A stretch of 64,000 nucleotides of DNA from an uncultured Gemmatimonadales bacterium (GTDB lineage: Bacteria; Gemmatimonadota; Gemmatimonadetes; Gemmatimonadales; GWC2-71-9), in contig CAVZZO010000003.1 of assembly GCA_963779755.1 (NCBI GenBank), positions 960,001-1,024,000 on the forward strand, read 5' to 3'. Shown here piece after piece: positions 37,506 to 47,388 of this stretch; positions within the stretch are counted from its first letter, which is position 1; each line of letters starts with the position of its first letter. The notes under the pieces are model-generated. The model made no database searches. It had not been told where the DNA came from and worked only from the letters and a program-made list of their open reading frames with translations. Position numbers and translations under genes: made by a program.

Positions 37506-38370
37506 GACGTACGGCCCGGACGACCGCCGCCCGTTCGCCGGGAGCGGGCGCCGGTCCCCAGGGATCGTCGCAGGCGTCGTCGGGAATGACGCCGCCGGCG
37601 GCCAGCGCCCAGAGCATCCGGCGGATGTAACCCTCCATGGGAGGCACGAATGTCGCCTGCGCCAGCGCGTCACAGGCCGATGAGAGCCGGTGGAACTCCG
37701 CCAGTGCGCCGGTGCGCCACGTCTCCAGGAGCTTTGCCTGCAGCGCGGTACAGGCCGCGCCCATCCCGATGAGCGCCCCCCGGGCGCCCAGCATGAGCGA
37801 GTAGCCCAGAAACCGGTCCTCTCCAGTGAGCAGCACCTTGTCGGGATGCGCAGACATGACCGTGGCCAGGTGCTGGAAGGTCATGACGGAATCGAGCGTG
37901 GCCACCTTGAGCCCGACCACGGCGGGAAGATCGAGAACGGCATGCAGAGTCGCGTCGTCGTAGGCTACCCCGCCTGCCGCCTGGTAGAGGTAGAAGGCGA
38001 TGACCGGCAGCTCCCCGGAGAGGCGGCGATGGTATTCGACCGGCTGCGAGGCGACCGGAAACGCCAGCAGCGCGTCGGCCCCGCCCTGCTTCGCCTCCGC
38101 GGCCCTGGCCGGAGTAGAAGCGCCGGCAACCAGCAGCCGGCCGGGGAGCGCGGCGCGCCAGGTTTCGATTACTTCCCGGCGCTGGCCGGCATCCAGATGC
38201 GGCCCCCGGCCGGTATGGGCCCAAACGGCCACCCCGGCCACCGGCTGCTCCGCCATCCAGCGGGCATAGTCCCGCTGGGCGGCGCCCGCGATGGCGGCCC
38301 CCCTGAACGGCACCGGCACCGCGGGGATCAGGCCTCCGTCCAGCCGAGCGGCGATCTCCGCCGGCGTCAC
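37483..38370 (-). CDS. Dihydrodipicolinate synthase / N-acetylneuraminate lyase family aldolase
   Basis: GLIPAVPVPF, AVWAHTGRG, AFYLY, VVGLKVA (Schiff-base Lys), TGED. Confidence 0.85.
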   Translation of the reverse strand: MTPAEIAARLDGGLIPAVPVPFRGAAIAGAAQRDYARWMAEQPVAGVAVWAHTGRGPHLDAGQRREVIETWRAALPGRLLVAGASTPARAAEAKQGGADALLAFPVASQPVEYHRRLSGELPVIAFYLYQAAGGVAYDDATLHAVLDLPAVVGLKVATLDSVMTFQHLATVMSAHPDKVLLTGEDRFLGYSLMLGARGALIGMGAACTALQAKLLETWRTGALAEFHRLSSACDALAQATFVPPMEGYIRRMLWALAAGGVIPDDACDDPWGPAPAPGERAAVVRAVRHACNPGA

Positions 38371-39140
38371 CGGTGCGCTATCCGATCTGCGTTGCCGTGC
38401 TCGATCCGCTCCCGATCGTCTGCCGGCAGATCGAGCAGGTCGAGGCGGGCCACCGGCGTCTCCGGCAGCCGGAGCGGCATCCCGCTGCCGAAGACCAACC
38501 GCGCGGGCCCCAGGGTATCGAGCAGCGTGGCCAGATGCTCCTCGGGCGGCCCCCAGATCCAGCTGATGTCCCACCAGAGACGCGACGCCTCCTCCGCCGT
38601 AGAGCCGAAATGCACCTCTTCGATGAACGGACGGTCCGCATGGGTAACCAGCAGCTTCAGGCCGGGAACCCGGCGAATGAGCGCGCGGACCGCCGACGGC
38701 GGGAGGTCGCCCGCGGTGTCGAGCGGGTGCCGCTGGCGCATGTCCTCGAGCCGCACCGCCAGCATCATGGGCAGCCCGCGCTCCGCCGCGGCCGCCGCCA
38801 GGTCGAGGTAGGGCGGGGCCTCGGCGGTGATCCCCATCCAGGGTGGATCGCAGCGAACCGCCGCCGCGCCCCGGTCCACCGCCTCGCTCAGAACGTCCCG
38901 CCAGTCGGCAAAGTCGGGATGCACAAAGGGCACCGCCCGGAACCGTGGCTCGGAGGCGGCGAGGTGATACAACCAGCCGTTCCCCTCGGTCGGATCGCGC
39001 CACCAGAAACCGGGGAGATGGGTGAGCCAGCTCCGGGTGATCCCGGCGCGGTCCATCGCCGCCAGCAGCGACGCCGGGTCGGTGCCCGGCAGCTTCCGCC
39101 AGGGATAGGCTCCGACATAGCAGGTGGTATCGATAATCAT
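38367..39140 (-). CDS. Amidohydrolase-fold protein with degenerate metal motif
   Basis: MIIDTTCYVG lacks the HxH motif; RLVFGSGMP; paired with the upstream amidohydrolase. Confidence 0.78.
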   Translation of the reverse strand: MIIDTTCYVGAYPWRKLPGTDPASLLAAMDRAGITRSWLTHLPGFWWRDPTEGNGWLYHLAASEPRFRAVPFVHPDFADWRDVLSEAVDRGAAAVRCDPPWMGITAEAPPYLDLAAAAAERGLPMMLAVRLEDMRQRHPLDTAGDLPPSAVRALIRRVPGLKLLVTHADRPFIEEVHFGSTAEEASRLWWDISWIWGPPEEHLATLLDTLGPARLVFGSGMPLRLPETPVARLDLLDLPADDRERIEHGNADRIAHR

Positions 39141-39955
39141 CGCGGCTCGCCGGGAATGGCCGCATCGAAGGCGCCGGCCGGGAAGATGGCCGCCGCGTTG
39201 CGCCAGGCGATCTGTTCCAGCTCCGCCGGCGGCAACAGCCGCTCCAGATAGCGCAGCTTGGCCCAGCCGGTGCCAATGGTGAGATCACACCCCCAGAGCA
39301 GCCGGCCCGCACCGACGGAGTCGAGACAGGCTTCGAGCATCCCGCCGTCGACCCCGCTGCCGGAGAGATCGACGAAGACATTCGCCGCGCCGCGTACCGC
39401 GTGCAGGGAGTGGAGCCAGTCGCCTCCGCCTCCGATGTGCGCCAGGATGAAGCGCACACCGGGGTGCCGCAATGCCAGGGTCACCAACTCGGCTGCGTCC
39501 GAGGCTTCCTGCCCGGGCCAGTCGCGGCGCCGGTGCTGCCAGACATGGTGGAGCACCGGGACCCCGTGTTCCTCCGCCTTGCGGCAGACGGGATCGAGCA
39601 GGGGATCGGTCGCACGGCGGCTGGCGGCCAGCTTGACCCCGACCATCCCTGCGTGAACACAGCGGTCGATCTCCGCCAGCGCATGTTCGGGGAAGTTGGG
39701 GTTCACCGCGACATATCCCCGGATGCGATCGGGATGCTCCCGTTGCAGGGCCAGCATGCGGTCGTTACCGAAGGTGAGATCGGCCGGCGAGGGGAAGTAC
39801 ACGGGCGATGTCAGCCCCCAGCTCCCGAGAATGGAAGCAACGTGCCAGGTGATGCCCACCCGCTCGCCGGCCCGGAGCCGGCTCGCGTTCCGCTCCCGCC
39901 AGTCGGCGCGGGGCGTGCGTTCGTGGTAGAAATGGGCGTGGACGTCTATGAGCAT
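39137..39955 (-). CDS. Amidohydrolase family protein
   Basis: IDVHAH, VLHH, LAHIGGGG, LLWGCD. Confidence 0.88.
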   Translation of the reverse strand: MLIDVHAHFYHERTPRADWRERNASRLRAGERVGITWHVASILGSWGLTSPVYFPSPADLTFGNDRMLALQREHPDRIRGYVAVNPNFPEHALAEIDRCVHAGMVGVKLAASRRATDPLLDPVCRKAEEHGVPVLHHVWQHRRRDWPGQEASDAAELVTLALRHPGVRFILAHIGGGGDWLHSLHAVRGAANVFVDLSGSGVDGGMLEACLDSVGAGRLLWGCDLTIGTGWAKLRYLERLLPPAELEQIAWRNAAAIFPAGAFDAAIPGEPR

Positions 39956-39975
39956 GGTCAAGTCGCCTCAGCGTG

Positions 39976-41157
39976 TCATCCTTCCCGCTCCATCTCTTCC
40001 AGCACCTCAGCCAGCACTTCCAGCGCCGAATCTATTTCGCTCTCGCCGTGCGCCAGGGAGACGAAGTTGTACGCCGAGCGCTTGAAAAGCAGCCCCCGCC
40101 GGGCGGCACCGCGTGCCAGCGCCGCGGAGAAGCGCTCGTCGGTGAACTCCAGGTGGCACATCTCCGGAATGCCCGCCGCGCGGCAGCGCAGCGCCGGATG
40201 GGCGGCGGCCAGCCGGTGGAGCCCCTGCAGCAGCCGGCCGCCGATCCGCTGAAGATGCCCCGGCACGTCGCGGTCGGCGGTGAGCCGGATGGCCGCCCGC
40301 GCCGCCGCCAGCGAGACCGTCTCCGCCGCCAGGGTGGAAGAAATCCAGGTCCGGCCGGCCTGGTCCATGATCTCCGAGCGGCCGCCGACCGCCGCCAGCG
40401 GAAACCCGTTCGCCAGCGCCTTCCCCAGCACCACCAGGTCGGGCCGGATACCATATCGCTCCACCGCTCCGCCCACCGCGATTCTGAACCCGGTCTTGAT
40501 TTCGTCGAACACCAGGACGGCGCCGCAGCGTCGGGTTTCGTCCCGCAGCGTCTGCAGCCAGCCGACGTCGGGCTCGGCCAGGATCACCGGCTCAATCACC
40601 ACCGCGGCGATCCGATCGCCCTGGTCGCGCAAGGCTGCGCGCGCCGCGCCGGAATCGTTGAACGGCAGCGTGCCGAAGAGGGCGGCAGTGGCTGCCGGAA
40701 CACCGGCGGTCTCCACCTGGCACCAGTCCAGCCACCCGTGATAGCCGCACCCCAGCACCCGGTCGCGTCTGGTGGCCGTTCGCGCCAGCCGGACCGCCGC
40801 GGCCACCGCTTCGGCGCCGGTCTTGAGAAAGCGGACCCGTTCCATCCAGGGCAGGTGCCGGGCCAGCAGCGCCGCGACCTCTTCTTCCAGCACCGGCGGC
40901 AGCGGACCGGCGACGCCGGCCGGGAGTATCTCCCGCACGGCTTGCAGGACCTCGGCGCGTCCGTAGCCCAGCGAGACGGCGCCCAGCGCCATGATGAAGT
41001 CCAGGAACTCGCGGCCATCCTCGTCCTGCACCAGGCAGCCTGATGCGGCCGTCATACGGAGCGGCAGGTCGTCCCATGGCGGCGGACCATAGAGCGCTTC
41101 CGGCCGCTTGCTGCCGGTGGAGGTGAAGCCCGGGATGCGCCGGTTCGAGTCCGTCAT
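39976..41157 (-). CDS. Class III PLP aminotransferase (GSA-aminomutase-like)
   Basis: FLKTGAEA, GYHGW, VFDEIKTGFR, PDLVVLGKALANG. Confidence 0.9.
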   Translation of the reverse strand: MTDSNRRIPGFTSTGSKRPEALYGPPPWDDLPLRMTAASGCLVQDEDGREFLDFIMALGAVSLGYGRAEVLQAVREILPAGVAGPLPPVLEEEVAALLARHLPWMERVRFLKTGAEAVAAAVRLARTATRRDRVLGCGYHGWLDWCQVETAGVPAATAALFGTLPFNDSGAARAALRDQGDRIAAVVIEPVILAEPDVGWLQTLRDETRRCGAVLVFDEIKTGFRIAVGGAVERYGIRPDLVVLGKALANGFPLAAVGGRSEIMDQAGRTWISSTLAAETVSLAAARAAIRLTADRDVPGHLQRIGGRLLQGLHRLAAAHPALRCRAAGIPEMCHLEFTDERFSAALARGAARRGLLFKRSAYNFVSLAHGESEIDSALEVLAEVLEEMEREG

Positions 41158-43865
41158 ACCAGACTGAGCGTGCCGAACCGGTCCGGATCCTGGCGGTCGC
41201 CGATCAGGTAGACCCAGCCATTTCCGCCGCTCCAGACCAGCTGTCCCGACCGGCGCACCCGGCCCGGCGTGATAACGTTCACCAGCAGGTCGAATCCGAT
41301 TTCGCCGCCGTGGTGCAGGTCCCAGTCCGGGGGCTCGATCGCCAGGGTGACGCGATAGCCGTCCTCCGTTCGGGACCAGGCGCCCCGCACCGCGGAAGGC
41401 TCGCCGCTGGTGCCGCCGGCACGGTGGACCCGGAGTCTCCCACCCTCTTCCGGTACGATGAGAAAGCCGTCCACCCGTTCGCCCCGTCGCAGGTACACCT
41501 GCAGCCCGTCGCTGTGGATATCGTCGGGGTCGTTGTCGAGCAGCAGGGGCGGCGCCTCGGGCGGCCGGAGCACCACCTCGGGCGTAGTCACGTCCGCCAG
41601 CACATACAGCCCCTGCTCATTCCAGTTCACCGCCGCTTCGGCCCGCAGCAACTCCGGGCCGGGCCAGGGCTCCTCGCTCCGGCGGTACTGGTCTTCCGTG
41701 TCGCACAGCAGCGGCTCGGAACGGTCGAAGCCCGCACCGGTCCCGTCGAGCGCGGGGGCGGCGTCGATCCAGGGCGCGACGGCCTCGACCGGCAGCCGGC
41801 GGACCGCGGTCACCACGGCTTCCACCTCGGGCGGCGGCGGAATGCGGCCGGTCAGGCGTGCCGAGCCGCCGGGGCCGTCAATCTCCCAGGCTTCGAGCAG
41901 CAGGCTGTGCCGGTCGGTGCCGCCGGCATGATCGACCTCGATCTGCTCGCCCATTGAGCGCAGGGCACGGACCTGCGGCTCCGCACCGAACTCCAGCAGC
42001 GCCAGGCAGCGGGCCACGCGGCCCCGGTGCCGGACCAGGTAGAACGTCTGGCGGCCCTCCCCGTTCGGCAGGCCGGGGCCTTGCGCGCGCAGCAGGTCGC
42101 CCTCGAACAACAGGTGAAGGTGGCAGTGGGCCTCTTCGTGTTCCGCGTGCAGCGTCACCGTCCCGGCGTGGTGCCGGAGGCGGGCGACCTCGGAGACGAA
42201 GTCGTTCTCCAGCCGGTCGGGAACCCATTCGCCGCCGCCCTCGAGGGTGACTTGCCCCTGCAGGTGCCAGGGCAGCTCGACCAGTTGCTCGTCCTGGTCG
42301 GCGAACTCGAGCAGGTCGAGAGCATAGTCGGGCCCGTCCACCACCGTGCGGGTGAAACCGGTGAAGGAGCCCCGGATCCACTGCCAGTCGCCGTGGTGAT
42401 CGAACATCTGCGGCCGGGCCCGCTCCAGCGGCTGCGAGTGTCCGCCGGCCCGGGGGGCGTTGTGCGCCAGGGTGGAGCGATACCAGAACAGATCGCGGGA
42501 CACGTAGGACCCGGCGCCGGGATCGGGCAGCCACAGCATGCCGGCGGCCCAGCAGGTCAGGTGCAGCCGGTCGGCGTGGCCGTGGCCACCGCCCACCGTG
42601 CCGCATTCCAGGCTCAGGTAGCGGTCCGGGCGCCGCAGCACGCTCAGCCCATGGGAGGTGAGGATGGAATCCTCCGGAGGCCGTTCTCCCGGCCGCGCAT
42701 CGAGCGCCGGGTCCATCTCCAGCAGCGACCACCAGGAGAGATCCTGCCGTCCCCGGTGCGCAGGCGCCGGCTCGCCGACCTCATGAAGGTAGGAATCGAA
42801 CGGTGGTGCTGCCGGCGCGGGCGCGGCGTAGAGATCGGCCAGCCACTGGCCCAGCGGATCGCCCTCCGCCTGCAGCCAGGCGCGCCCGATCTCCCACTCC
42901 TCCTCGTACATCGGCTGCGCCAGCGACACGCCGAACCGGGCGTCCTTACGGGCGGGAAAGGTGAAATCTGGCAGGGCAGTCCGGATGGGGGCGCGCAGCG
43001 CGGCCAGCAGCATGGCGGCCAGCTCCGGATCTTCCAGCACCTCCGCGCCGACGTATCGCGCCCAGGACAGTCCGGTCAGCATGCCGCGCAGCGCGAAGAG
43101 ATGGTAGTTCTCTCCCTCGTACCACATGCCGTCTTCGCCGTAGCCTTCGGCCAGATGGCCGATCAGGCCGGTGCGCTCCTCGATCGCCGTGCGGGCCAGC
43201 TCCTCATCGCCGAACCAGGCGCCGATGGCGGTGAGCGCCGCGGCGTTCCAGGTCTGCCGGTTGGAATAGCCCTCGTTGAAGTCGCCGATCACGCCGGCCG
43301 CCAGATCGGCGACCGTGTCGACGCGGGCGGCGTCCTCGCTGCTCAGCTGTCCCGCCTCGCGCAGCAGGGTGGCGCCGGCGAGGTAGTTCAGGATCCAGAT
43401 CGATTCCAGGTAAGTGGAGAAAAAAAGCCGGCTGGGCCCCAGCACATTGTCCCGGTTGGGCAGTGAGGGATAGAGATCGGCGTAGGCGCCGAGCAGCGAG
43501 CGGGCCTGTTCCGCGGCAGGCTGGTGGTCGGCCAGAACCGCCACCGTCCCCAGGTGGGCGATGCGTTCCGACAGCCAGAGGTGCTGGAAACGGGCCCACC
43601 AGCGGTCGTGCCGGTCGCCGCGCCAGCCGCGGCCGCAGCGGGGGCAGCGATGCTCCGACGGCTGCCAGGGATCGAACCGCAGGGGGCTGCCGTCCTCGGG
43701 ACAGACACCGCCATCGGTGGAGAGCAGCGCCTTCACGCCGGGCAGCACCGGCCGCTGGCGCAGAACCGGGCCGGCCCGCTCCACCAACCGGGTCTGCAGT
43801 GCCTGCAGATCGGGCGCCGCGGCGATGAGCTCCCGCCGTTCTTCGATATCTCCCGCCGTCAGCAT
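41154..43865 (-). CDS. Heparinase II/III (oligoalginate-lyase-like) protein with C-terminal sugar-binding domain
   Basis: SNRQTW, DGMWYEGENYHLF, GGGHGHADRL, STLAHN; CBM9-like tail (LDG..GF...DGLQVY...GFDLLVN). Confidence 0.82.
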   Translation of the reverse strand: MLTAGDIEERRELIAAAPDLQALQTRLVERAGPVLRQRPVLPGVKALLSTDGGVCPEDGSPLRFDPWQPSEHRCPRCGRGWRGDRHDRWWARFQHLWLSERIAHLGTVAVLADHQPAAEQARSLLGAYADLYPSLPNRDNVLGPSRLFFSTYLESIWILNYLAGATLLREAGQLSSEDAARVDTVADLAAGVIGDFNEGYSNRQTWNAAALTAIGAWFGDEELARTAIEERTGLIGHLAEGYGEDGMWYEGENYHLFALRGMLTGLSWARYVGAEVLEDPELAAMLLAALRAPIRTALPDFTFPARKDARFGVSLAQPMYEEEWEIGRAWLQAEGDPLGQWLADLYAAPAPAAPPFDSYLHEVGEPAPAHRGRQDLSWWSLLEMDPALDARPGERPPEDSILTSHGLSVLRRPDRYLSLECGTVGGGHGHADRLHLTCWAAGMLWLPDPGAGSYVSRDLFWYRSTLAHNAPRAGGHSQPLERARPQMFDHHGDWQWIRGSFTGFTRTVVDGPDYALDLLEFADQDEQLVELPWHLQGQVTLEGGGEWVPDRLENDFVSEVARLRHHAGTVTLHAEHEEAHCHLHLLFEGDLLRAQGPGLPNGEGRQTFYLVRHRGRVARCLALLEFGAEPQVRALRSMGEQIEVDHAGGTDRHSLLLEAWEIDGPGGSARLTGRIPPPPEVEAVVTAVRRLPVEAVAPWIDAAPALDGTGAGFDRSEPLLCDTEDQYRRSEEPWPGPELLRAEAAVNWNEQGLYVLADVTTPEVVLRPPEAPPLLLDNDPDDIHSDGLQVYLRRGERVDGFLIVPEEGGRLRVHRAGGTSGEPSAVRGAWSRTEDGYRVTLAIEPPDWDLHHGGEIGFDLLVNVITPGRVRRSGQLVWSGGNGWVYLIGDRQDPDRFGTLSLV

Positions 43866-44860
43866 AGCCGTACCCCCTCGAAATCCCACGCCACAGGAAG
43901 AATCGTGGCTCCCGCCGCTCGCGCCGCGGTCTCCACCTCGCCCCGGCTCGTCCGCGCCAGGAAGAACATGCAGCCCCCGGCGCCCGCGCCGGCGGCCTTC
44001 CCGCCCAGAATACCGGCACCCGCCACCGCGTGTTCCAGCCGCGCCATCGCCTCGGTGCGCATACCGGAATCGAGGACGCACTGCAGCGACCAGTTCTCCG
44101 CCAGCAGGCGGCCGACCGCTGCAAGATCCGCGGATCGCAGCGCTTCGTCCATGCCGCGGGCGGCATCCAGCATGGCCCGCAACGCGCCGGTCACCCGCGG
44201 CTCGCCCGACTCATAGGCCTGCATCACCCGGGAAATCATGGCACCCGAGAGCCGCGAGGTGCCGGTGTAACAGAGTACCATGCGCTGCGCCAGCTCCTCG
44301 GCAAACGCCGCATTGAGCGCGATCACGGCAGGCCGAACCTCCGCACCCCGGAATTCCAGCCGCTGGACCCCGCCGCAGGCGGCGGCCCACTGGTCCTGCC
44401 GTCCGCCGGGGATCCCCGCTTCTTCGACCTCCAGGCGCCAGGCGAGCCGGGCGATCTCCTCCGGGGCAAGGCGCTCCCGGCGGGCCTCGGCCAGCGCGGC
44501 GACCACCGCCACATCGAGCGCTCCTGAGCTGCCCAGGCCCGACCCCGGCGGCGCCTCCGAGCGGGTGGTTACGGCGGCGGGGCTCACCGGCAGCAGGCGC
44601 AATCCCGCCCGGAGCAACGGCAGCCGCCCTTCACCTGCCAGCCCGTCGGAGCGGTCGATCCGCTCGGCGATCCCCAGATCCTGGGAGACCAGCCGCAACC
44701 CCTCACCACCGGTCTCCACGGTGGCGGACGCGTACAGCGCAATAGCCGCGTTCACCACCACGCCGCCCTCCCGGTCGGAAAAGGGCGGGACGTCGGTCCA
44801 GCCGCCTGCGAAATCAAGGCGCATCGGCGCCCGTGCGCAGGACTCCCGAGACACGCTCAC
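43859..44860 (-). CDS. GHMP-family sugar kinase (HddA/fucokinase-like)
   Basis: APMRLDFAGGWTDVP, PPGSGLGSSGA, GGRQDQWAA, GGKAAGAGAGG. Confidence 0.9.
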   Translation of the reverse strand: MSVSRESCARAPMRLDFAGGWTDVPPFSDREGGVVVNAAIALYASATVETGGEGLRLVSQDLGIAERIDRSDGLAGEGRLPLLRAGLRLLPVSPAAVTTRSEAPPGSGLGSSGALDVAVVAALAEARRERLAPEEIARLAWRLEVEEAGIPGGRQDQWAAACGGVQRLEFRGAEVRPAVIALNAAFAEELAQRMVLCYTGTSRLSGAMISRVMQAYESGEPRVTGALRAMLDAARGMDEALRSADLAAVGRLLAENWSLQCVLDSGMRTEAMARLEHAVAGAGILGGKAAGAGAGGCMFFLARTSRGEVETAARAAGATILPVAWDFEGVRLC

Positions 44861-44880
44861 CCGGTTTCCGCCATCATGTC

Positions 44881-46341
44881 TCAGTTCTCATTCCCCGGCC
44901 CTCCGGCTCCTCCGATCCACCACCTGGCGACTGTGGGCATCTCTCCCCGGAGATCCATCTCGACCCCGTGCACCCGCCGGTTCATCCCCTGCACCCCGCG
45001 GGCATGGTACAGCCACGCCACCGGGTCGAGCTCGGCAAACTGCCGCTGGGCGACGGCCGGAGCGGGGGAGACGGGGATACCAGCCAGGTCGGCGGTGCGC
45101 CGGAGCTCGCCCATGTCCGGGTCGCCGGTAATACCCATGACGGCGGCGGTAAAATCGTGGGTCCGCGGATTGACCCGATCGAGATAGGCGGAGAGCTCGA
45201 GCTGCCGGATGGAGACACGGAACCCGGCGCGGGCCAGCTGGGCCTGAATCATCTGCTCCAGCGCGGCTTCTCCACTCCCAACCGTCAGCAGCTCGAAGGC
45301 GATCTGCCGCCCGCCGAGCAGGATGCGGGCGGAATCGGGCGAAGCAGGCGTAACCGGTGGAGGCAGGTACCCGGGCAGATTCGGCACGACCGGGCCGTAC
45401 GCCGTGGTGCCGAAGCCGTAGAGATAGCCCTGGACGATCTCGCGCCGGTCCAGCGCCAGCGCGATCGCCCGGCGCACGACCGGATCGCTGAAGGGCGGGC
45501 GCCGGGTATTGAAGACCAGCCCGTACGTAAGCAGCAGCGGGTAGGACACCACCTGAAGCCGGGGGTCGCGGCGGACGAAGCTGGCATGAGCGGGGTTGAT
45601 CCCCGCGAAGTCCAGCTCGCCGGCAGTGAGCGCGGCGAGTTTGGTGGTGGGATCGTCCACGATCGCGACCACCAGCCGCTCGAGCCGGGGAGGCCCGCCG
45701 AGTTCCGCCGGGAACTCCGGATTCCGGGCGAACACCCAGCGCCGGTTGGGCTCGTGGGACACGAACCGGAACGGCCCGTTGCCCACCGGGTGCCGGTTCC
45801 AGGCCGCCTCGCGGAGGCGCGCGTGCGGAACGGTATCGAGCAGGTGGGCGGGGAGGATGGCCAGATCGGTCAGCACATCGGGAAAGGTAGACGGCGCGGG
45901 CGCGAACCGGAGGAGGACGGTGGAGTCATCCGGCGCCTCGACCTGCCGCAGCGCGGCCAGATCGCTCAGGCGCGGATACCCGGTGGCCGGATCGCGTGCC
46001 GCCGTGAGGGTCCAGGCCACATCGCGCGCGGTGGTGGGAACGCCATCGCTCCAGCGGGCAGGTGTCGCCAGATGGAGCGTCAGCAGGCGGTGGCCGGAGC
46101 TCCATTCCCAGCGGCGGGCCAGATAGGGACGGGGCGTGAGCGTCGAATCGTAGCGGGCGAGCGTGGTGAACAGCACATAGCGCTGCACCTGCTTCGCCAG
46201 CGGGTGCACGGTCAGGAGGGGATTGATGCTCTGCAGATCGGCGCCGGAAGCGTAGAGCACCGTATCGCCGCGCCGGGCGGACGCGGGCCCGCAGGCAGCG
46301 AGCGCGACCCCCATGATCGTGGCCCAGAGGAAGCTCCGCAC
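44881..46341 (-). CDS. ABC transporter substrate-binding lipoprotein (family 5, OppA/DppA-like)
   Basis: LAAC lipobox, WSDGVPTTARDVAWT, PVGNGPF, VRRAIALALDR. Confidence 0.9.
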   Translation of the reverse strand: MRSFLWATIMGVALAACGPASARRGDTVLYASGADLQSINPLLTVHPLAKQVQRYVLFTTLARYDSTLTPRPYLARRWEWSSGHRLLTLHLATPARWSDGVPTTARDVAWTLTAARDPATGYPRLSDLAALRQVEAPDDSTVLLRFAPAPSTFPDVLTDLAILPAHLLDTVPHARLREAAWNRHPVGNGPFRFVSHEPNRRWVFARNPEFPAELGGPPRLERLVVAIVDDPTTKLAALTAGELDFAGINPAHASFVRRDPRLQVVSYPLLLTYGLVFNTRRPPFSDPVVRRAIALALDRREIVQGYLYGFGTTAYGPVVPNLPGYLPPPVTPASPDSARILLGGRQIAFELLTVGSGEAALEQMIQAQLARAGFRVSIRQLELSAYLDRVNPRTHDFTAAVMGITGDPDMGELRRTADLAGIPVSPAPAVAQRQFAELDPVAWLYHARGVQGMNRRVHGVEMDLRGEMPTVARWWIGGAGGPGNEN

Positions 46342-46416
46342 GGCTGGGAAAGGTAATTCCCTCTTCTCCGCTTCCCGGCTCTCTGGCGCCCTGCCCCGTC
46401 CCCGCCATCTTTGGGC

Positions 46417-47388
46417 ATGCTCCGTTCCCTTCTCCGGCGGCTGGCGACCGGCGTCCTGGTGGTGTTGGGCGTCGTCACCCTCACCTTCTTCCTGCTGCGT
46501 CTCGCGCCGGGCGACCCGGTGCGGCGTCTCCTGGGCCCCGCCGCCACCGAAGTCCAGGTCACCCTGGCGCGGCACACCCTGGGGTTCGACCGGCCGCTAC
46601 CGGTGCAGTATCTCACCTGGCTCGCCAACTTCGTGCGGGGAGACTGGGGCCTCAGCATTGCCACGGGCCGGCCGGTCGGCCGGATCCTGAGGGAGGCGTG
46701 GCCCGCCACCGTGGTGCTGGTCGTCTCGTCGCTCATCGTGAGCTACCTGCTCGGCATTGCCGTCGGAGCGGTACAGGCTACCACCCGCAAACGGAGCCTC
46801 GATACCACGCTCTCGGTGGCCACAGTGACCCTCTTCGCCCTGCCGGGGTACTGGCTGGGCCTCATGCTGGTGATGATCTTCACCTACGTGCTGGGCTGGC
46901 TCCCGGCCTTCGGCGCCAGCGGGCTCGATGCCGATTTCCTGCCCTGGAGCGCGCGGGTCGCCGACCGGCTGCGCCATCTGGCTCTGCCCTTCGCGACGCT
47001 CACGCTCATAGGAATCGGCGGGATGGCGCGCTTCGTCCGCGGCGCCATGCTCGACATCCGCTCGGAGCCGCACGTGATGGTGGCGCGGGCCAAGGGTCTT
47101 CCCGCCCGGCAGGTGCAGATCCGCCACATCCTGCGGAACGCACTCATCCCGGTGGTCACGCTGCTGGGGCTTTCCCTGCCGGTGCTCTTCTCCGGCGCCG
47201 TGTTCGTGGAGGCCATCTTCGCCTGGCCCGGCGTCGGCCGGGTGCTGGTGCTCGCGGTCCAAGGACGGGATTATCCCGTGGTCATGGCCGCCACGGCGGT
47301 CAGCGCGATGCTGGTCGTCCTGGGGAACCTGCTGGCCGACCTGCTGGTGGCGTGGGTCGATCCTCGCCTGCGGGAGCAGCATGGCTGA
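46417..47388 (+). CDS. ABC transporter permease (DppB/OppB-like)
   Basis: LAPGDPV, FDRPLPVQY, ARAKGL...HILRNAL, FAWPGVG, RDYPVV. Confidence 0.92.
   Translation: MLRSLLRRLATGVLVVLGVVTLTFFLLRLAPGDPVRRLLGPAATEVQVTLARHTLGFDRPLPVQYLTWLANFVRGDWGLSIATGRPVGRILREAWPATVVLVVSSLIVSYLLGIAVGAVQATTRKRSLDTTLSVATVTLFALPGYWLGLMLVMIFTYVLGWLPAFGASGLDADFLPWSARVADRLRHLALPFATLTLIGIGGMARFVRGAMLDIRSEPHVMVARAKGLPARQVQIRHILRNALIPVVTLLGLSLPVLFSGAVFVEAIFAWPGVGRVLVLAVQGRDYPVVMAATAVSAMLVVLGNLLADLLVAWVDPRLREQHG

Noticed and set aside
35133..41157. Assigning menC, dapA, hemL and pyrD gene symbols
   Set aside because: Only family-level motifs are present, and no partner pathway genes are adjacent.
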